Below are positions 20,594 through 29,559 of a stretch of 64,000 nucleotides of DNA, one piece after another. The stretch comes from an uncultured Gemmatimonadales bacterium (GTDB taxonomy: Bacteria > Gemmatimonadota > Gemmatimonadetes > Longimicrobiales > RSA9). The notes beneath the pieces are model-generated. The model saw nothing but the letters and a program-made list of their open reading frames with translations. It was not told the origin of the DNA and did no database searches. Both the position numbers and the translations under genes were made by a program. The DNA lies in assembly GCA_963741945.1 (NCBI GenBank), contig CAVUKA010000001.1:416001-480000 (forward strand). The letters run 5' to 3'. The number at the start of each line of letters is the position of its first letter. The first letter of the stretch is position 1.

Positions 20594-21253
20594 CTAAAGC
20601 GGAGCGCGGCAGGTGGGATCGTCGTGTCGGGTGGAGTTGACGCGATCCGAAACCCGGTGTCGCTGCAGCGGCTCCCGCGAGGGTGCGAGGAGGCGGTGGA
20701 GCGCGTCGGGGTCGGCATCGGGGTCAAGCCAATCCTCGCGACGTCCGGGCTCCAGGATCAGGGGCATCCGTTCGTGAACGGGGCGGACGGCCTCGCTCGC
20801 GGCGGTGGTCAGGATGGTACAGGTGAGGAGCTCACCGTCGGCGGTCTGAGCGCGCTCCCACAGGCCGGCCATGGCGAAGGGCGCGCCGTCCGGGTGCCGG
20901 AAGTGGAACGGGATCTTCCGGGAGCCCGTCCCCTTCTGCCACTCGTAGAAGCCGTCGGCGAGGACCCAGCAGCGACGTCGGCGAAAGGCGTCCCGGAAGG
21001 CAGGCTTGTCCGCCACGGTCTCGGCGCGCGCGTTGATGAGCGGGCGTAGCGAGGAGCGTTTCGCGGCCCAGGTGGGGACGAGCCCCCACTGCAGCGCCCC
21101 AAGGCGGAGCCCGTCGCCATCGTGGATGACGGTGGGCACCGGCTGGCCGGGGGCGATGTTGTAGCGCGGCTGGTGGTCGAACGAGGCGGCGCCGATCCCG
21201 AACTCGGCCACGAGCCGGTCAGTGTCGACGCCCAGGGAGAAGCGGCCGCACAC
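20594..21253 (-). CDS. SOS-response-associated peptidase (SRAP/YedK/HMCES family abasic-site protein)
   Basis: N-terminal MCGRF, RYNIAP, WGLVP, INARAET, DGFYEW, HERMP motifs. Confidence 0.95.
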   Translation of the reverse strand: MCGRFSLGVDTDRLVAEFGIGAASFDHQPRYNIAPGQPVPTVIHDGDGLRLGALQWGLVPTWAAKRSSLRPLINARAETVADKPAFRDAFRRRRCWVLADGFYEWQKGTGSRKIPFHFRHPDGAPFAMAGLWERAQTADGELLTCTILTTAASEAVRPVHERMPLILEPGRREDWLDPDADPDALHRLLAPSREPLQRHRVSDRVNSTRHDDPTCRAPL

Positions 21254-21257
21254 GAGC

Positions 21258-21533
21258 TCAGCCGGTGAGGCGCTGACGGGGGCGGTTCTCGACGAGCCGC
21301 TCCACGAAGCCGATACGGTCGTCCATCAGGTCCATGCGCGTGTTGAGGCGATCGAGGGCGGTGGCGATGCGCTCCATCTGGGCCTCGTCCAGCCGCTGCG
21401 GCGCCGGCTGCGCCACGCTCGTCCGCTCCTTCGCCAGCGCCTCCAGCAGAAGGCCAAGACGTTTGGTCATCGGTCGAAAGATCATCACGCCGGCTATGCA
21501 GAGAAACATGACAATCGGGATCATCTCTTCCAT
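21258..21533 (-). CDS. Small membrane-anchored coiled-coil protein (PspB-like architecture)
   Basis: N-terminal TM then RIATALDRLNTRMDLMDDRIGFVERL; good RBS (GAGGAAGGA). Confidence 0.75.
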   Translation of the reverse strand: MEEMIPIVMFLCIAGVMIFRPMTKRLGLLLEALAKERTSVAQPAPQRLDEAQMERIATALDRLNTRMDLMDDRIGFVERLVENRPRQRLTG

Positions 21534-21561
21534 GGTCCTTCCTCGCGGCTCGGGTTGCTGT

Positions 21562-21595
21562 CTCCCTTACGCCCCCCGCCGGTCCCGAGTTTCAC
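21562..21595 (-). promoter_or_regulatory. ECF-sigma-type promoter GTGAAAC-N17-CGTAAG
   Basis: Same motif as the divergent copy at 21657-21690. Confidence 0.65.
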
Positions 21596-21656
21596 CCGCC
21601 CACCCGTCCCCGACGCAACCATTTCCCCGGCGTCTCCATCCAATACGGACAGAAGC

Positions 21657-21690
21657 GTGAAACCCAATGGGGCCGCCCCTCGTAAGGGAG
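21657..21690 (+). promoter_or_regulatory. ECF-sigma-type promoter GTGAAAC-N17-CGTAAG
   Basis: Same motif as the divergent copy at 21562-21595. Confidence 0.65.
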
Positions 21691-21735
21691 CCCAGACAAC
21701 CGAGACCCGAGCCCTGCCGAAAGGAAAGGTACGGG

Positions 21736-21855
21736 ATGAAGAAGATGACCAGAAACGACATCCTCAAGATCGCAGCCGGCGTTACCGCAGCCGTGGTGGC
21801 CTGCCTGGGCACGGTGGCCGCCCTGATGGTTCCGGTGATCTCCGCCCTGCACTGA
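21736..21855 (+). CDS. 39-aa single-TM small protein
   Basis: MKKMTRNDILKIAAGVTAAVVACLGTVAALMVPVISALH; purine-rich RBS and upstream ECF-like promoter. Confidence 0.55.
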   Translation: MKKMTRNDILKIAAGVTAAVVACLGTVAALMVPVISALH

Positions 21856-21934
21856 GGGGGCGAGCGGGACAGCGATCGCGAAGTTGCGTGGCAGGGAGGG
21901 TCGGGGCTGCGGGGTCCCGACCCTCTCTCGCATC

Positions 21935-22972
21935 TCAGGAGGGCTCCCCTTCCGCGTGGCGGGCATCCCGTCCGGCGTCCACGTCCAGCACGGCGGCACC
22001 CTCGAAGCTTCCGTGCCGCAGGTCGTCCAGCGCGCGGCAGGCCTCCTCGAGCGGATACGTGGTCACGTGCGTGCGCACGGGCACGGCCGCGGCCAGAGGG
22101 AGGAACTCTTCGGCATCGCGCCGGGTCAGGTTCGCCACGGAGCGGAGCACGCGCTCACCCCAGAGCAAGCGGTAGGGAAACGATGGGATGTCGCTCATGT
22201 GGATCCCGCCGCATACCACCGCGCCACCGCTGCGCACGGCCGCGAGGGCGGCCGGGACGAGGGCACCGACGGGGGCGAAGAGGATGGCGGCATCCAGGGG
22301 CGCGGGCGGGGAGGCGTCGGATCCACCGGCCCACGCCGCGCCCAGGGAACGGGCGAAGCGCTGCCCCTCGTCGTCTCCGGGGCGGGTGAAGGCGAAGACC
22401 TCGCGGTCCTCGTGGAGCGCCACCTGGGCGAGGATGTGGGCGGCCGCGCCGAATCCGTAAAGGCCGAGTCGCTCCACGCGGCCGGCCGTGGCCAGGGCGA
22501 TCCGGTAGGCGCGATAGCCGATGAGGCCGCCGCACAGCAGCGGCGCCGCCTGGATGTCCTGCAGCCCTTCCGGGATCGGGAACGCGTAGCGGGCATCGGC
22601 CACCATTTCATCGGCGAAGCCGCCCGGCCGATCATAGCCCGTGAACTCGGCCCTCTCGCACAGGTTCTCCTCGCCGTTGCGGCAGTGCTCGCACTCGCCG
22701 CAGCTCCACCCCAGCCACGGGACGCCCACGCGGTCCCCCGGCATGAAGGCGGTGACCCCGTCGCCCACTTCGAGCACCTCGGCCACCACCTGGTGGCCCG
22801 GAGTGATCGGATAGGACGGATCGGACAGCTCCTCGTCCAGGATGTGCAGGTCCGTGCGGCAGACGCCGCACGCCCGGACCCGCAACCTCAGCTCACCCGC
22901 GCCCGCTCGGGGCCGCGGCCGGTCCTCCAGCCGTAGCCCTCCGCTCCCCTCCTCCAGAACCATGGCCCGCAT
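21935..22972 (-). CDS. Zinc-dependent alcohol dehydrogenase family protein
   Basis: GVCRTDLH, PGHQ, CGECEHC..ENLC, APLLCGG, LYGFGAAA motifs. Confidence 0.93.
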   Translation of the reverse strand: MRAMVLEEGSGGLRLEDRPRPRAGAGELRLRVRACGVCRTDLHILDEELSDPSYPITPGHQVVAEVLEVGDGVTAFMPGDRVGVPWLGWSCGECEHCRNGEENLCERAEFTGYDRPGGFADEMVADARYAFPIPEGLQDIQAAPLLCGGLIGYRAYRIALATAGRVERLGLYGFGAAAHILAQVALHEDREVFAFTRPGDDEGQRFARSLGAAWAGGSDASPPAPLDAAILFAPVGALVPAALAAVRSGGAVVCGGIHMSDIPSFPYRLLWGERVLRSVANLTRRDAEEFLPLAAAVPVRTHVTTYPLEEACRALDDLRHGSFEGAAVLDVDAGRDARHAEGEPS

Positions 22973-23588
22973 CCAGCCTCCCGCGTTGCGCGCGCGGCCG
23001 CCTGGCAGTCCACCGCATCCGCAGCGCCAGCAGCGCCACGAGCACGGCGGCAAAGATGAGCGGCGCGCGCGTGTCGGCCTTGACCCGCCAGTAGAAGTGG
23101 ATGACGCCGAGCCCCGCGGCAAGGTAGATGGCCCTGTGGAGCGTGGTCCATCGTCGCCCGAGGCGGCGGATCCAGCCTCGCGTGCTGGTCACCGCGAGCG
23201 ACAGGAGGAGGAGCCACGCCGCGGCGCCGACGGTGATGAACGGGCGCTTCGTGACGTCGTCGACGATGAAGCTCCACGTGAACAGCTGGTCCAGGCCCAG
23301 ATAGATCGCGAGATGGACCGTGGCGTAGAAGAAGGCGAACAGGCCGAGCGGGCGGCGCAGTTTGACGAGCTCGTTCCGGCCGGTGATCCGGCGCGCGGGT
23401 GTCACGGCGAGAGTGACGAGCAGCAGCACGAGGGTCCACCAGCCGAAGTGGTTCAGCAGCTTCTCCACGGGGTTGGCGCCGAGCCCGATCAGCCCGTCGC
23501 GCAGCCACCACGCCACGCGGGCGAGCGGATAGAGACCGAGCGCCCAGACGCCCGCCTTCATCGCCAGCAGCCGGCGACGACCACTCAC
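22893..23588 (-). CDS. msrQ: Heme-binding membrane subunit MsrQ (YedZ)
   Basis: GANPVE, LAVTP, RRPLGLFAFFYA..H, KRPFITVG, WTTLHRAIY motifs; downstream of msrP; start uncertain (23588 or 23561). Confidence 0.9.
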   Translation of the reverse strand: MSGRRRLLAMKAGVWALGLYPLARVAWWLRDGLIGLGANPVEKLLNHFGWWTLVLLLVTLAVTPARRITGRNELVKLRRPLGLFAFFYATVHLAIYLGLDQLFTWSFIVDDVTKRPFITVGAAAWLLLLSLAVTSTRGWIRRLGRRWTTLHRAIYLAAGLGVIHFYWRVKADTRAPLIFAAVLVALLALRMRWTARRPRAQRGRLDAGHGSGGGERRATAGGPAAAPSGRG

Positions 23589-23643
23589 CGGACTCGCCGG
23601 CCACCAGAGCGCGCGTCGCGGCAGCCGCCGGGCGGCCCGGAGC

Positions 23644-24567
23644 TCAGAACCACCGCCGCAGGTCCATTCCGCTGTACAGACTCGCCACCTGGTCGCCGTA
23701 GCCGTTGAACGGGAGCGTGGGGCGCTTGCGCAGCTCGCCGATCCGCCGCTCCCGGGCCTGGCTCCAGCGCGGGTGGTCCACATCCGGGTTCACGTTCGCG
23801 TAGAATCCGTACTCGTTCGGCTGCATCTGCTGCCACGTGTTCAGCGGCATGTCCTCCACCAGCCGGATCCGGACAATGGACTTGATGCTCTTGAAGCCGT
23901 ACTTCCACGGCACCACCAGTCGCAGCGGCGCGCCATCCTGGTTCGGCAGGTCCTTGCCGTACAGGCCGGTGGCGAGAATCGTGAGCGGGTGCATCGCCTC
24001 GTCCAGCCGGAGCCCCTCCACGTACGGCCAGTCCAGGATCGGACGCCGCTGGCCGGGCAGCTCCGACGGCCGATACACCGTCGTGAACTCCACGAACTTC
24101 GCGCCCGGGCGGGGATCCGCGCGCTCCAGAACCGCGCTCAGCGGGATGCCCCGCCACGGAATCACCATGGACCAGGCTTCCACGCAGCGAAGCCGGTAGA
24201 TCCGGTCCTCCATGGCGAACGGCTCGAGGAAGTCCTCGAGCGCGTAATCGCCGGGGCGATTCACGAGCCCGTCCACCTTCACGGTCCACGGCCGCGGATG
24301 GAACAGGTGCGCCAGCTTCGACGGGTCGTCCTTGGACGGACCGAACTCGTAGAAGTTGTTGTACGTGGTCACCAGCTCGTACGGCGTCGGATCTTCCTTC
24401 GCCGGGACACCGGCGGCGCGCTCGCAGGCGGCCACCACCGCGGAAGGCGCCACCGCTGCGGCGGCGAGCGTCTTCACGCCCGCTCCGATGAACTCCCGTC
24501 TCCGGACGTACAGCGATTCCGGCGTGATCTCGGACGACGGGATGCGGCCTGGCTTGCCTATGAGCAT
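23644..24567 (-). CDS. msrP: Periplasmic methionine sulfoxide reductase catalytic subunit MsrP (YedY)
   Basis: SEITPE..Y.RRREF Tat signal, [33 protein letters not shown] motifs. Confidence 0.97.
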   Translation of the reverse strand: MLIGKPGRIPSSEITPESLYVRRREFIGAGVKTLAAAAVAPSAVVAACERAAGVPAKEDPTPYELVTTYNNFYEFGPSKDDPSKLAHLFHPRPWTVKVDGLVNRPGDYALEDFLEPFAMEDRIYRLRCVEAWSMVIPWRGIPLSAVLERADPRPGAKFVEFTTVYRPSELPGQRRPILDWPYVEGLRLDEAMHPLTILATGLYGKDLPNQDGAPLRLVVPWKYGFKSIKSIVRIRLVEDMPLNTWQQMQPNEYGFYANVNPDVDHPRWSQARERRIGELRKRPTLPFNGYGDQVASLYSGMDLRRWF

Positions 24568-24597
24568 CGGGGGTTCTCTCCTCGCTGGCGCGTGCTC

Positions 24598-25413
24598 CTA
24601 GTAGATGTAGACGGGCGTTCCCACGGCCACCAGTCCGTACAGCCGCTCCACGTCCGGGTTCCGCAGCCGAACGCAGCCGTGGCTGGCTTCGGTTCCGATG
24701 GTCTCCACTTCGGGCGTGCCATGGATCAGGTACCCGTCGCCCAGGATCAGGCGCCGCGTCCCCAGGATCTTCGGGATCCGCCGCTGCGGCGAGCCGAGCG
24801 GCGGGATGAAGATCTTGCCGTCGAACTCGATCTCCGCGCCGGGCGTGAACGCCCACCAGTTCCCGAAGCGGTTGATCCGTCCCACCTCACTGCCCCGGAC
24901 CTCGATGAACGTCGAGTCCGAGAGCCGGATCCGGTCCCCTCTCGACAGGTGGACCGGCTTCAGCCCGCGCGCCACCGCGAGCTCGTAGTAGTGCCAGTCC
25001 GGCGGAACCCAGTCGGGCATCTCCTCCTTGTCCTGCACCACCCGCTTCCCCACCGGAGTACTGAAGTCGTACGCGCGCCCGCCGTAATGGAAGACGGTGT
25101 CCCGACCCACGGCCACGGCGGCCGTGAACAGCACGCTGTCGCCCTCCAGCAGCCAGAGCCGCTTCTGCTCCCGCGAGACGACGATCCGCTCGCCATCCGC
25201 ATGGAGCGCCGCATGCCACACGGCGGAATCGGCCTTCGTCGCCGGGGGGGCTTCCCGCGGCGAGGCCGCCGCCGCATCGTCCTCCACCCACCCCGCCGGG
25301 TCGGGTGCGGCGCGCCCGAACGGCGTCAGTGGAGCGCACCCCCCCGCGCCGGCTGCGAGCGTCGAAGCCATGACCAGGGCCAGCAGCCGGCCCCTGAATG
25401 CTACCAGATTCAT
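24598..25413 (-). CDS. L,D-transpeptidase (YkuD family), probable lipoprotein
   Basis: Lipobox-like AGGC; YLIHGT..GTEASHGCVRL catalytic motif. Confidence 0.9.
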   Translation of the reverse strand: MNLVAFRGRLLALVMASTLAAGAGGCAPLTPFGRAAPDPAGWVEDDAAAASPREAPPATKADSAVWHAALHADGERIVVSREQKRLWLLEGDSVLFTAAVAVGRDTVFHYGGRAYDFSTPVGKRVVQDKEEMPDWVPPDWHYYELAVARGLKPVHLSRGDRIRLSDSTFIEVRGSEVGRINRFGNWWAFTPGAEIEFDGKIFIPPLGSPQRRIPKILGTRRLILGDGYLIHGTPEVETIGTEASHGCVRLRNPDVERLYGLVAVGTPVYIY

Positions 25414-25483
25414 CCCACCTCACTTGCATTGTCCGGAGTGATTCCAGCGTGGCTGGCGCCGTGGCCTGATCCATACCCCCGGA

Positions 25484-25499
25484 TGGCACAATCGGTGCA
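25484..25499 (+). promoter_or_regulatory. Putative sigma54 (-24/-12) promoter upstream of aceB
   Basis: TGGCACAATCGGTGCA = GG-N10-GC with TGGCAC core. Confidence 0.5.
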
Positions 25500-25616
25500 G
25501 CCCCGGAAGGCGTCTTCAATGCGGGACAACCGGGGTACCGCTGGCGGTCCTGGACCGGTCCCGACCGATCCACACACGGGATCGACTGCAGCTACCCGAG
25601 CCACCACGGAGCGAGC

Positions 25617-27206
25617 ATGGCCGAGGCCACCACGAGACAACGCGTGAAAATCCATGGCGAGACACACCCGGAAGCGGAGCGGGTGCTCACGCCCGAAGCG
25701 CTGTCGTTCGTGGCAGCGCTGCACGAGCGGTTCGATGACCGGCGTCGAAGTCTACTGAAGCGGCGACAGGAGCGGCAGGCCCGGCTCGTGGAGGGCGAGA
25801 TGCCGGACTTCCTGGAGGAAACGCGCGAGGTGCGGGAGTCGGACTGGCGGGTGGCCGACACGCCGGCCGACCTGGAGAAGCGGGTGGTGGAGATCACGGG
25901 CCCGGTGGACCGCAAGATGATGATCAACGCCCTGAACTCGGGCGCCGACGTGTTCATGGCGGACTTCGAGGACGCGCTGAGCCCCACGTGGGGCAACGTG
26001 GTGGCGGGGCAGGCCAACTGCCAGGATGCGGTCCGCGGCACCATCGAGTTCGAGAACCCGGACGGGAAGCGGTACGAGCTGAACGACGAGGTGGCCACGC
26101 TGCTCGTCCGCCCGCGCGGCTGGCACCTTCCGGAGAAGCACGTGGAGGTGGATGGTACGCCGATCTCGGCGAGTCTGTTCGATTTCGGGCTCTACTTCTT
26201 CCACAACGCCGAAGCGCTCCTGGAGCGGGGCAGCGGACCGTACTTCTACCTGCCGAAGCTCGAGAACCACCTGGAGGCCAGGCTGTGGAACGATGTCTTC
26301 CTCTTCGCGCAGGAGTCGCTGGACGTGCCGCGCGGGTCGATCCGCGCGACCGTGCTGGTGGAGAACATCCTGGCGGCGTTCGAGATGGACGAGATCCTGT
26401 ACGAGCTGCGGGAGCACATGGCCGGCCTCAACGCGGGTCGATGGGACTACATCTTCAGCGCGATCAAGAAGTTCCGGCACCGTGACGACTTCGTGCTCCC
26501 GGACCGGGGGCAGGTCACCATGACCGTGCCCTTCATGCGGGCGTATACGGATCTCCTCGTGCGCACCTGTCATCGCCGCGGTGCGCATGCCATGGGCGGG
26601 ATGGCGGCGTTCATTCCGAGCCGCGACGAGGAGGTGAACCGTCGCGCGTTCCAGGAAGTGCGCCAGGACAAGGTACGGGAGAGCCGGGACGGCTTCGACG
26701 GCACATGGATCGCCCATCCCGGTCTGGAGCCGGTCGCGCGGGAGGCGTTCGGGGAAGTGCTGGACGGCCGGCCGAACCAGAAGGACCGGCTGCGGGAGGA
26801 CGTGGAAGTGGGCGCGGCGGGGCTGCTGTCGATCCCTGAAACGCCGGGCGAGATCACGCGCGCGGGGATCGAGCAGAACGTGAGCGTGGCCCTTCAGTAC
26901 ATGGATGCCTGGCTGGGCGGCTGGGGCGCCGCGGCAATCAACAACCTGATGGAGGACGCGGCAACGGCGGAGATCTCGCGCTCGCAGCTGTGGCAGTGGC
27001 TGCACAGTGGCGCGGCGCTGGCGGATGGCAGCCGCATGACGGACGGGGTGTACCGGGAGGTCCGGGAGCAGGAGCTCCGGAGCCTGCGGGACGCCGGGAA
27101 GGACAACGGCCACCTGGACGAGGCGGCGGATCTGCTGGACGCGCTCGTCCTGGACGACGAATTCACCGGGTTCCTGACGCTGCCCGGTTACGAGCGACTC
27201 GACTGA
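25617..27206 (+). CDS. aceB: Malate synthase A
   Basis: [60 protein letters not shown]. Confidence 0.98.
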   Translation: MAEATTRQRVKIHGETHPEAERVLTPEALSFVAALHERFDDRRRSLLKRRQERQARLVEGEMPDFLEETREVRESDWRVADTPADLEKRVVEITGPVDRKMMINALNSGADVFMADFEDALSPTWGNVVAGQANCQDAVRGTIEFENPDGKRYELNDEVATLLVRPRGWHLPEKHVEVDGTPISASLFDFGLYFFHNAEALLERGSGPYFYLPKLENHLEARLWNDVFLFAQESLDVPRGSIRATVLVENILAAFEMDEILYELREHMAGLNAGRWDYIFSAIKKFRHRDDFVLPDRGQVTMTVPFMRAYTDLLVRTCHRRGAHAMGGMAAFIPSRDEEVNRRAFQEVRQDKVRESRDGFDGTWIAHPGLEPVAREAFGEVLDGRPNQKDRLREDVEVGAAGLLSIPETPGEITRAGIEQNVSVALQYMDAWLGGWGAAAINNLMEDAATAEISRSQLWQWLHSGAALADGSRMTDGVYREVREQELRSLRDAGKDNGHLDEAADLLDALVLDDEFTGFLTLPGYERLD

Positions 27207-27222
27207 GAAGGAGGCGAGCCAC

Positions 27223-28578
27223 ATGCGGAACCGGAGCAAGTGGGGGGACGGCAGACCGGAGCGGACCGTTCCCGAATCGGAGGACCGGGCGAAAACGGAC
27301 TTCGCCGGGCAGATCGAGCAGCTCGAGCAGCGGTGGTCCGGGTCGCGCTACGGCGGGATCGAGCGGCCGTACGAGGCCAGGGACGTGGTGCGCCTGCGGG
27401 GTTCGGTGCGCGAGGACCAGACGCTGGCGCGGCTGGGCGCCGAGCGGCTGTGGGACCTGATCGACGGCGCGGACGAGCCGATCCGCACGTTCGGTGCGCT
27501 GACGGGGAACCAGGCCGTGCAGATGGTGCGGGCGGGGCTCAAGTCCATCTACCTGAGCGGCTGGCAGGTGGCCGGAGACATGAACCTCTCGCTGCAGACC
27601 TATCCGGACCAGAGCCTGTATCCCAGCAACAGTGGCCCCACGCTGGTGCGGCGGATCAACAACGCGCTGAAGCGGGCCGACCAGATCGAGTGGAGCGAGA
27701 ACGAGGGTGAGGTCCGGACGGAATGGATGGCGCCCATCGTCGCCGACGCGGAGGCCGGTTTCGGAGGTCCGCTCCACGCCCACGAGCTGGCCCGCGCCTA
27801 CATCGAGGCGGGGGCCTCCGGCATCCACTTCGAGGACCAGCTGGCGGCGGAGAAGAAGTGCGGGCACATGGGCGGGAAGGTGCTGGTTCCCACGTCGCAG
27901 TTCGAGCGGGTACTGAGCGCCGCGCGGCTGGCATCGGACGTCCTCGATGTGCCGACGGTCATCTTCGCCCGGACGGATGCCGAAGCGGCCACGCTGCTGA
28001 CCAGCGACGTGGACGAGCGGGACCGCGAGTTCCTCACGGGCGAGCGCACGCCGGAAGGGTACTTCCGCGTGCGGCCGGGGCTGCAATCAGCCATAGCGCG
28101 CGCCAGGGCGTATGCCCCGCTGGCGGACGTCCTCTGGTGCGAGACGAAAACGCCCAGCCTGGAGGAAGCGAAAGCGTTCGCTGACGCGGTGCACGAGGAT
28201 TTCCCGGGCAAGCCGCTGGCGTACAACTGCTCGCCATCGTTCAACTGGAAGCGGAACCTGACCGACTCCGAGATCGCGCGGTTCCAGACGGAGCTGGGCG
28301 CCATGGGATACCGCTATCAGTTCATCACGCTGGCGGGATGGCACCTGATCAACCTGGGCGCCTTCGAGCTGGCCCGGGAGTACGAGGCGAGTGAAATGGC
28401 CGCGTACGTCCAGGTGCAGGAGCGGGAGTTCCAGCTCGAAGAGCACGGCTACACGGCGGCGAAGCACCAGCGGGAGGTGGGCGGGAACTACTTCGACCTG
28501 GTCCTGAACACGCTCTCGCACGGCGAGGCGACCACGGGGTCAATGGCCGAGTCCACGGAAGCCGCCCAGTTCATCTGA
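27223..28578 (+). CDS. aceA: Isocitrate lyase
   Basis: [41 protein letters not shown] motifs. Confidence 0.98.
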   Translation: MRNRSKWGDGRPERTVPESEDRAKTDFAGQIEQLEQRWSGSRYGGIERPYEARDVVRLRGSVREDQTLARLGAERLWDLIDGADEPIRTFGALTGNQAVQMVRAGLKSIYLSGWQVAGDMNLSLQTYPDQSLYPSNSGPTLVRRINNALKRADQIEWSENEGEVRTEWMAPIVADAEAGFGGPLHAHELARAYIEAGASGIHFEDQLAAEKKCGHMGGKVLVPTSQFERVLSAARLASDVLDVPTVIFARTDAEAATLLTSDVDERDREFLTGERTPEGYFRVRPGLQSAIARARAYAPLADVLWCETKTPSLEEAKAFADAVHEDFPGKPLAYNCSPSFNWKRNLTDSEIARFQTELGAMGYRYQFITLAGWHLINLGAFELAREYEASEMAAYVQVQEREFQLEEHGYTAAKHQREVGGNYFDLVLNTLSHGEATTGSMAESTEAAQFI

Positions 28579-28580
28579 TC

Positions 28581-28775
28581 ATGGCTGTGAGCGGTGGCAC
28601 CCGGACCTGGCGCCACGTGGAGCGCGGGCGTTGCGGCTTCTGCGGACAGGGCCACACGCGGGAGATCGTGTACCACTGCGTGGGGTGCGACCGCGAAGTC
28701 TGCGCCGTGTGCGTGCTGCTGGTGCGGGACACACACGAGGCGTTCTGCCCCGCGTGTGCGCGGGAGGAGCGCTAG
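28581..28775 (+). CDS. Small Cys-rich zinc-finger-like protein (4x CxxC)
   Basis: CGFC, CVGC, CAVC, CPAC in 64 aa; fills the gap between aceA and ku (2-bp and 1-bp spacers). Confidence 0.7.
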   Translation: MAVSGGTRTWRHVERGRCGFCGQGHTREIVYHCVGCDREVCAVCVLLVRDTHEAFCPACAREER

Positions 28776-28776
28776 C

Positions 28777-29559
28777 ATGGCGCGCGCGATCTGGAAGGGC
28801 GTGATCCGGCTCGGTGGCGTGGCCGTCCCGGTGAAGCTGTACTCGGCGGTGGAGGACCGGAGCGTGCACTTCCGGCTCCTGAGCGCGGCGACGCTCCGGC
28901 CGGTGAAGCAGCGGATGGTCAATCCGGCTACGGGCGACGTGGTGCCGTACGAGGAGGTGCGCTGGGGGCGCGAAGTGGAGGAGGGCGTGTTCGTGGTCCT
29001 GAGCGATGACGAGGTGGCGGAAGTGGAGCCCGAGCCGTCCCGCGACATCGAGATCACGCGCCTCGTCGCCCCGGAGCTGATCAACCACCAGTGGTACGAC
29101 CGCCCGTACCACCTCGGCCCCGATGATTCCGCGGAGGCGTATTTCGCCCTGGCCGAAGCCATGGAGGCGGGGCAGCGGGAGGGCGTGGCACGCTGGACCA
29201 TGCGGAAGAAGGAGTACGTGGGCGCCCTGCGGGTCGAGAACGGCCACCTGATGCTCATCACGCTGCGGCACGAGGGCGAAGTGATCCCGGTGTCCGCGCT
29301 CGAGCCCCCGCGCGGCCGGGAGCCGGACGCCCGTGAGCTGGACATGGCGGAGCAGCTGGTCTCCGCCCTTGAGGATGACTTCGATCCGGAAGCGTTCAGC
29401 GACGAGTACCGGGGCCGGGTGCTCGAGCTGGTGGAAGCGAAGGCGGAGGGGAAGACGGTGGAGTTCCGCCAGCCGTCGCGCCGGCGCGCGGCCGGGGACC
29501 TGGGGGCCACGCTGGAAGCCAGCATCGCCGCGGCGCGGAAGGAGCGGAAGAGTGCCTGA
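28777..29559 (+). CDS. ku: Non-homologous end-joining protein Ku (short form)
   Basis: MARAIWKG.I..G.V.VPVKLYSA, DRPYHL, FDPEAFSDEYR motifs. Confidence 0.92.
   Translation: MARAIWKGVIRLGGVAVPVKLYSAVEDRSVHFRLLSAATLRPVKQRMVNPATGDVVPYEEVRWGREVEEGVFVVLSDDEVAEVEPEPSRDIEITRLVAPELINHQWYDRPYHLGPDDSAEAYFALAEAMEAGQREGVARWTMRKKEYVGALRVENGHLMLITLRHEGEVIPVSALEPPRGREPDARELDMAEQLVSALEDDFDPEAFSDEYRGRVLELVEAKAEGKTVEFRQPSRRRAAGDLGATLEASIAAARKERKSA

Noticed and set aside
21650-21735. c-di-GMP or c-di-AMP riboswitch upstream of the 39-aa ORF
   Set aside because: Has a GAAA tetraloop but lacks the conserved cores; better explained as an ECF promoter duplicated on the other strand
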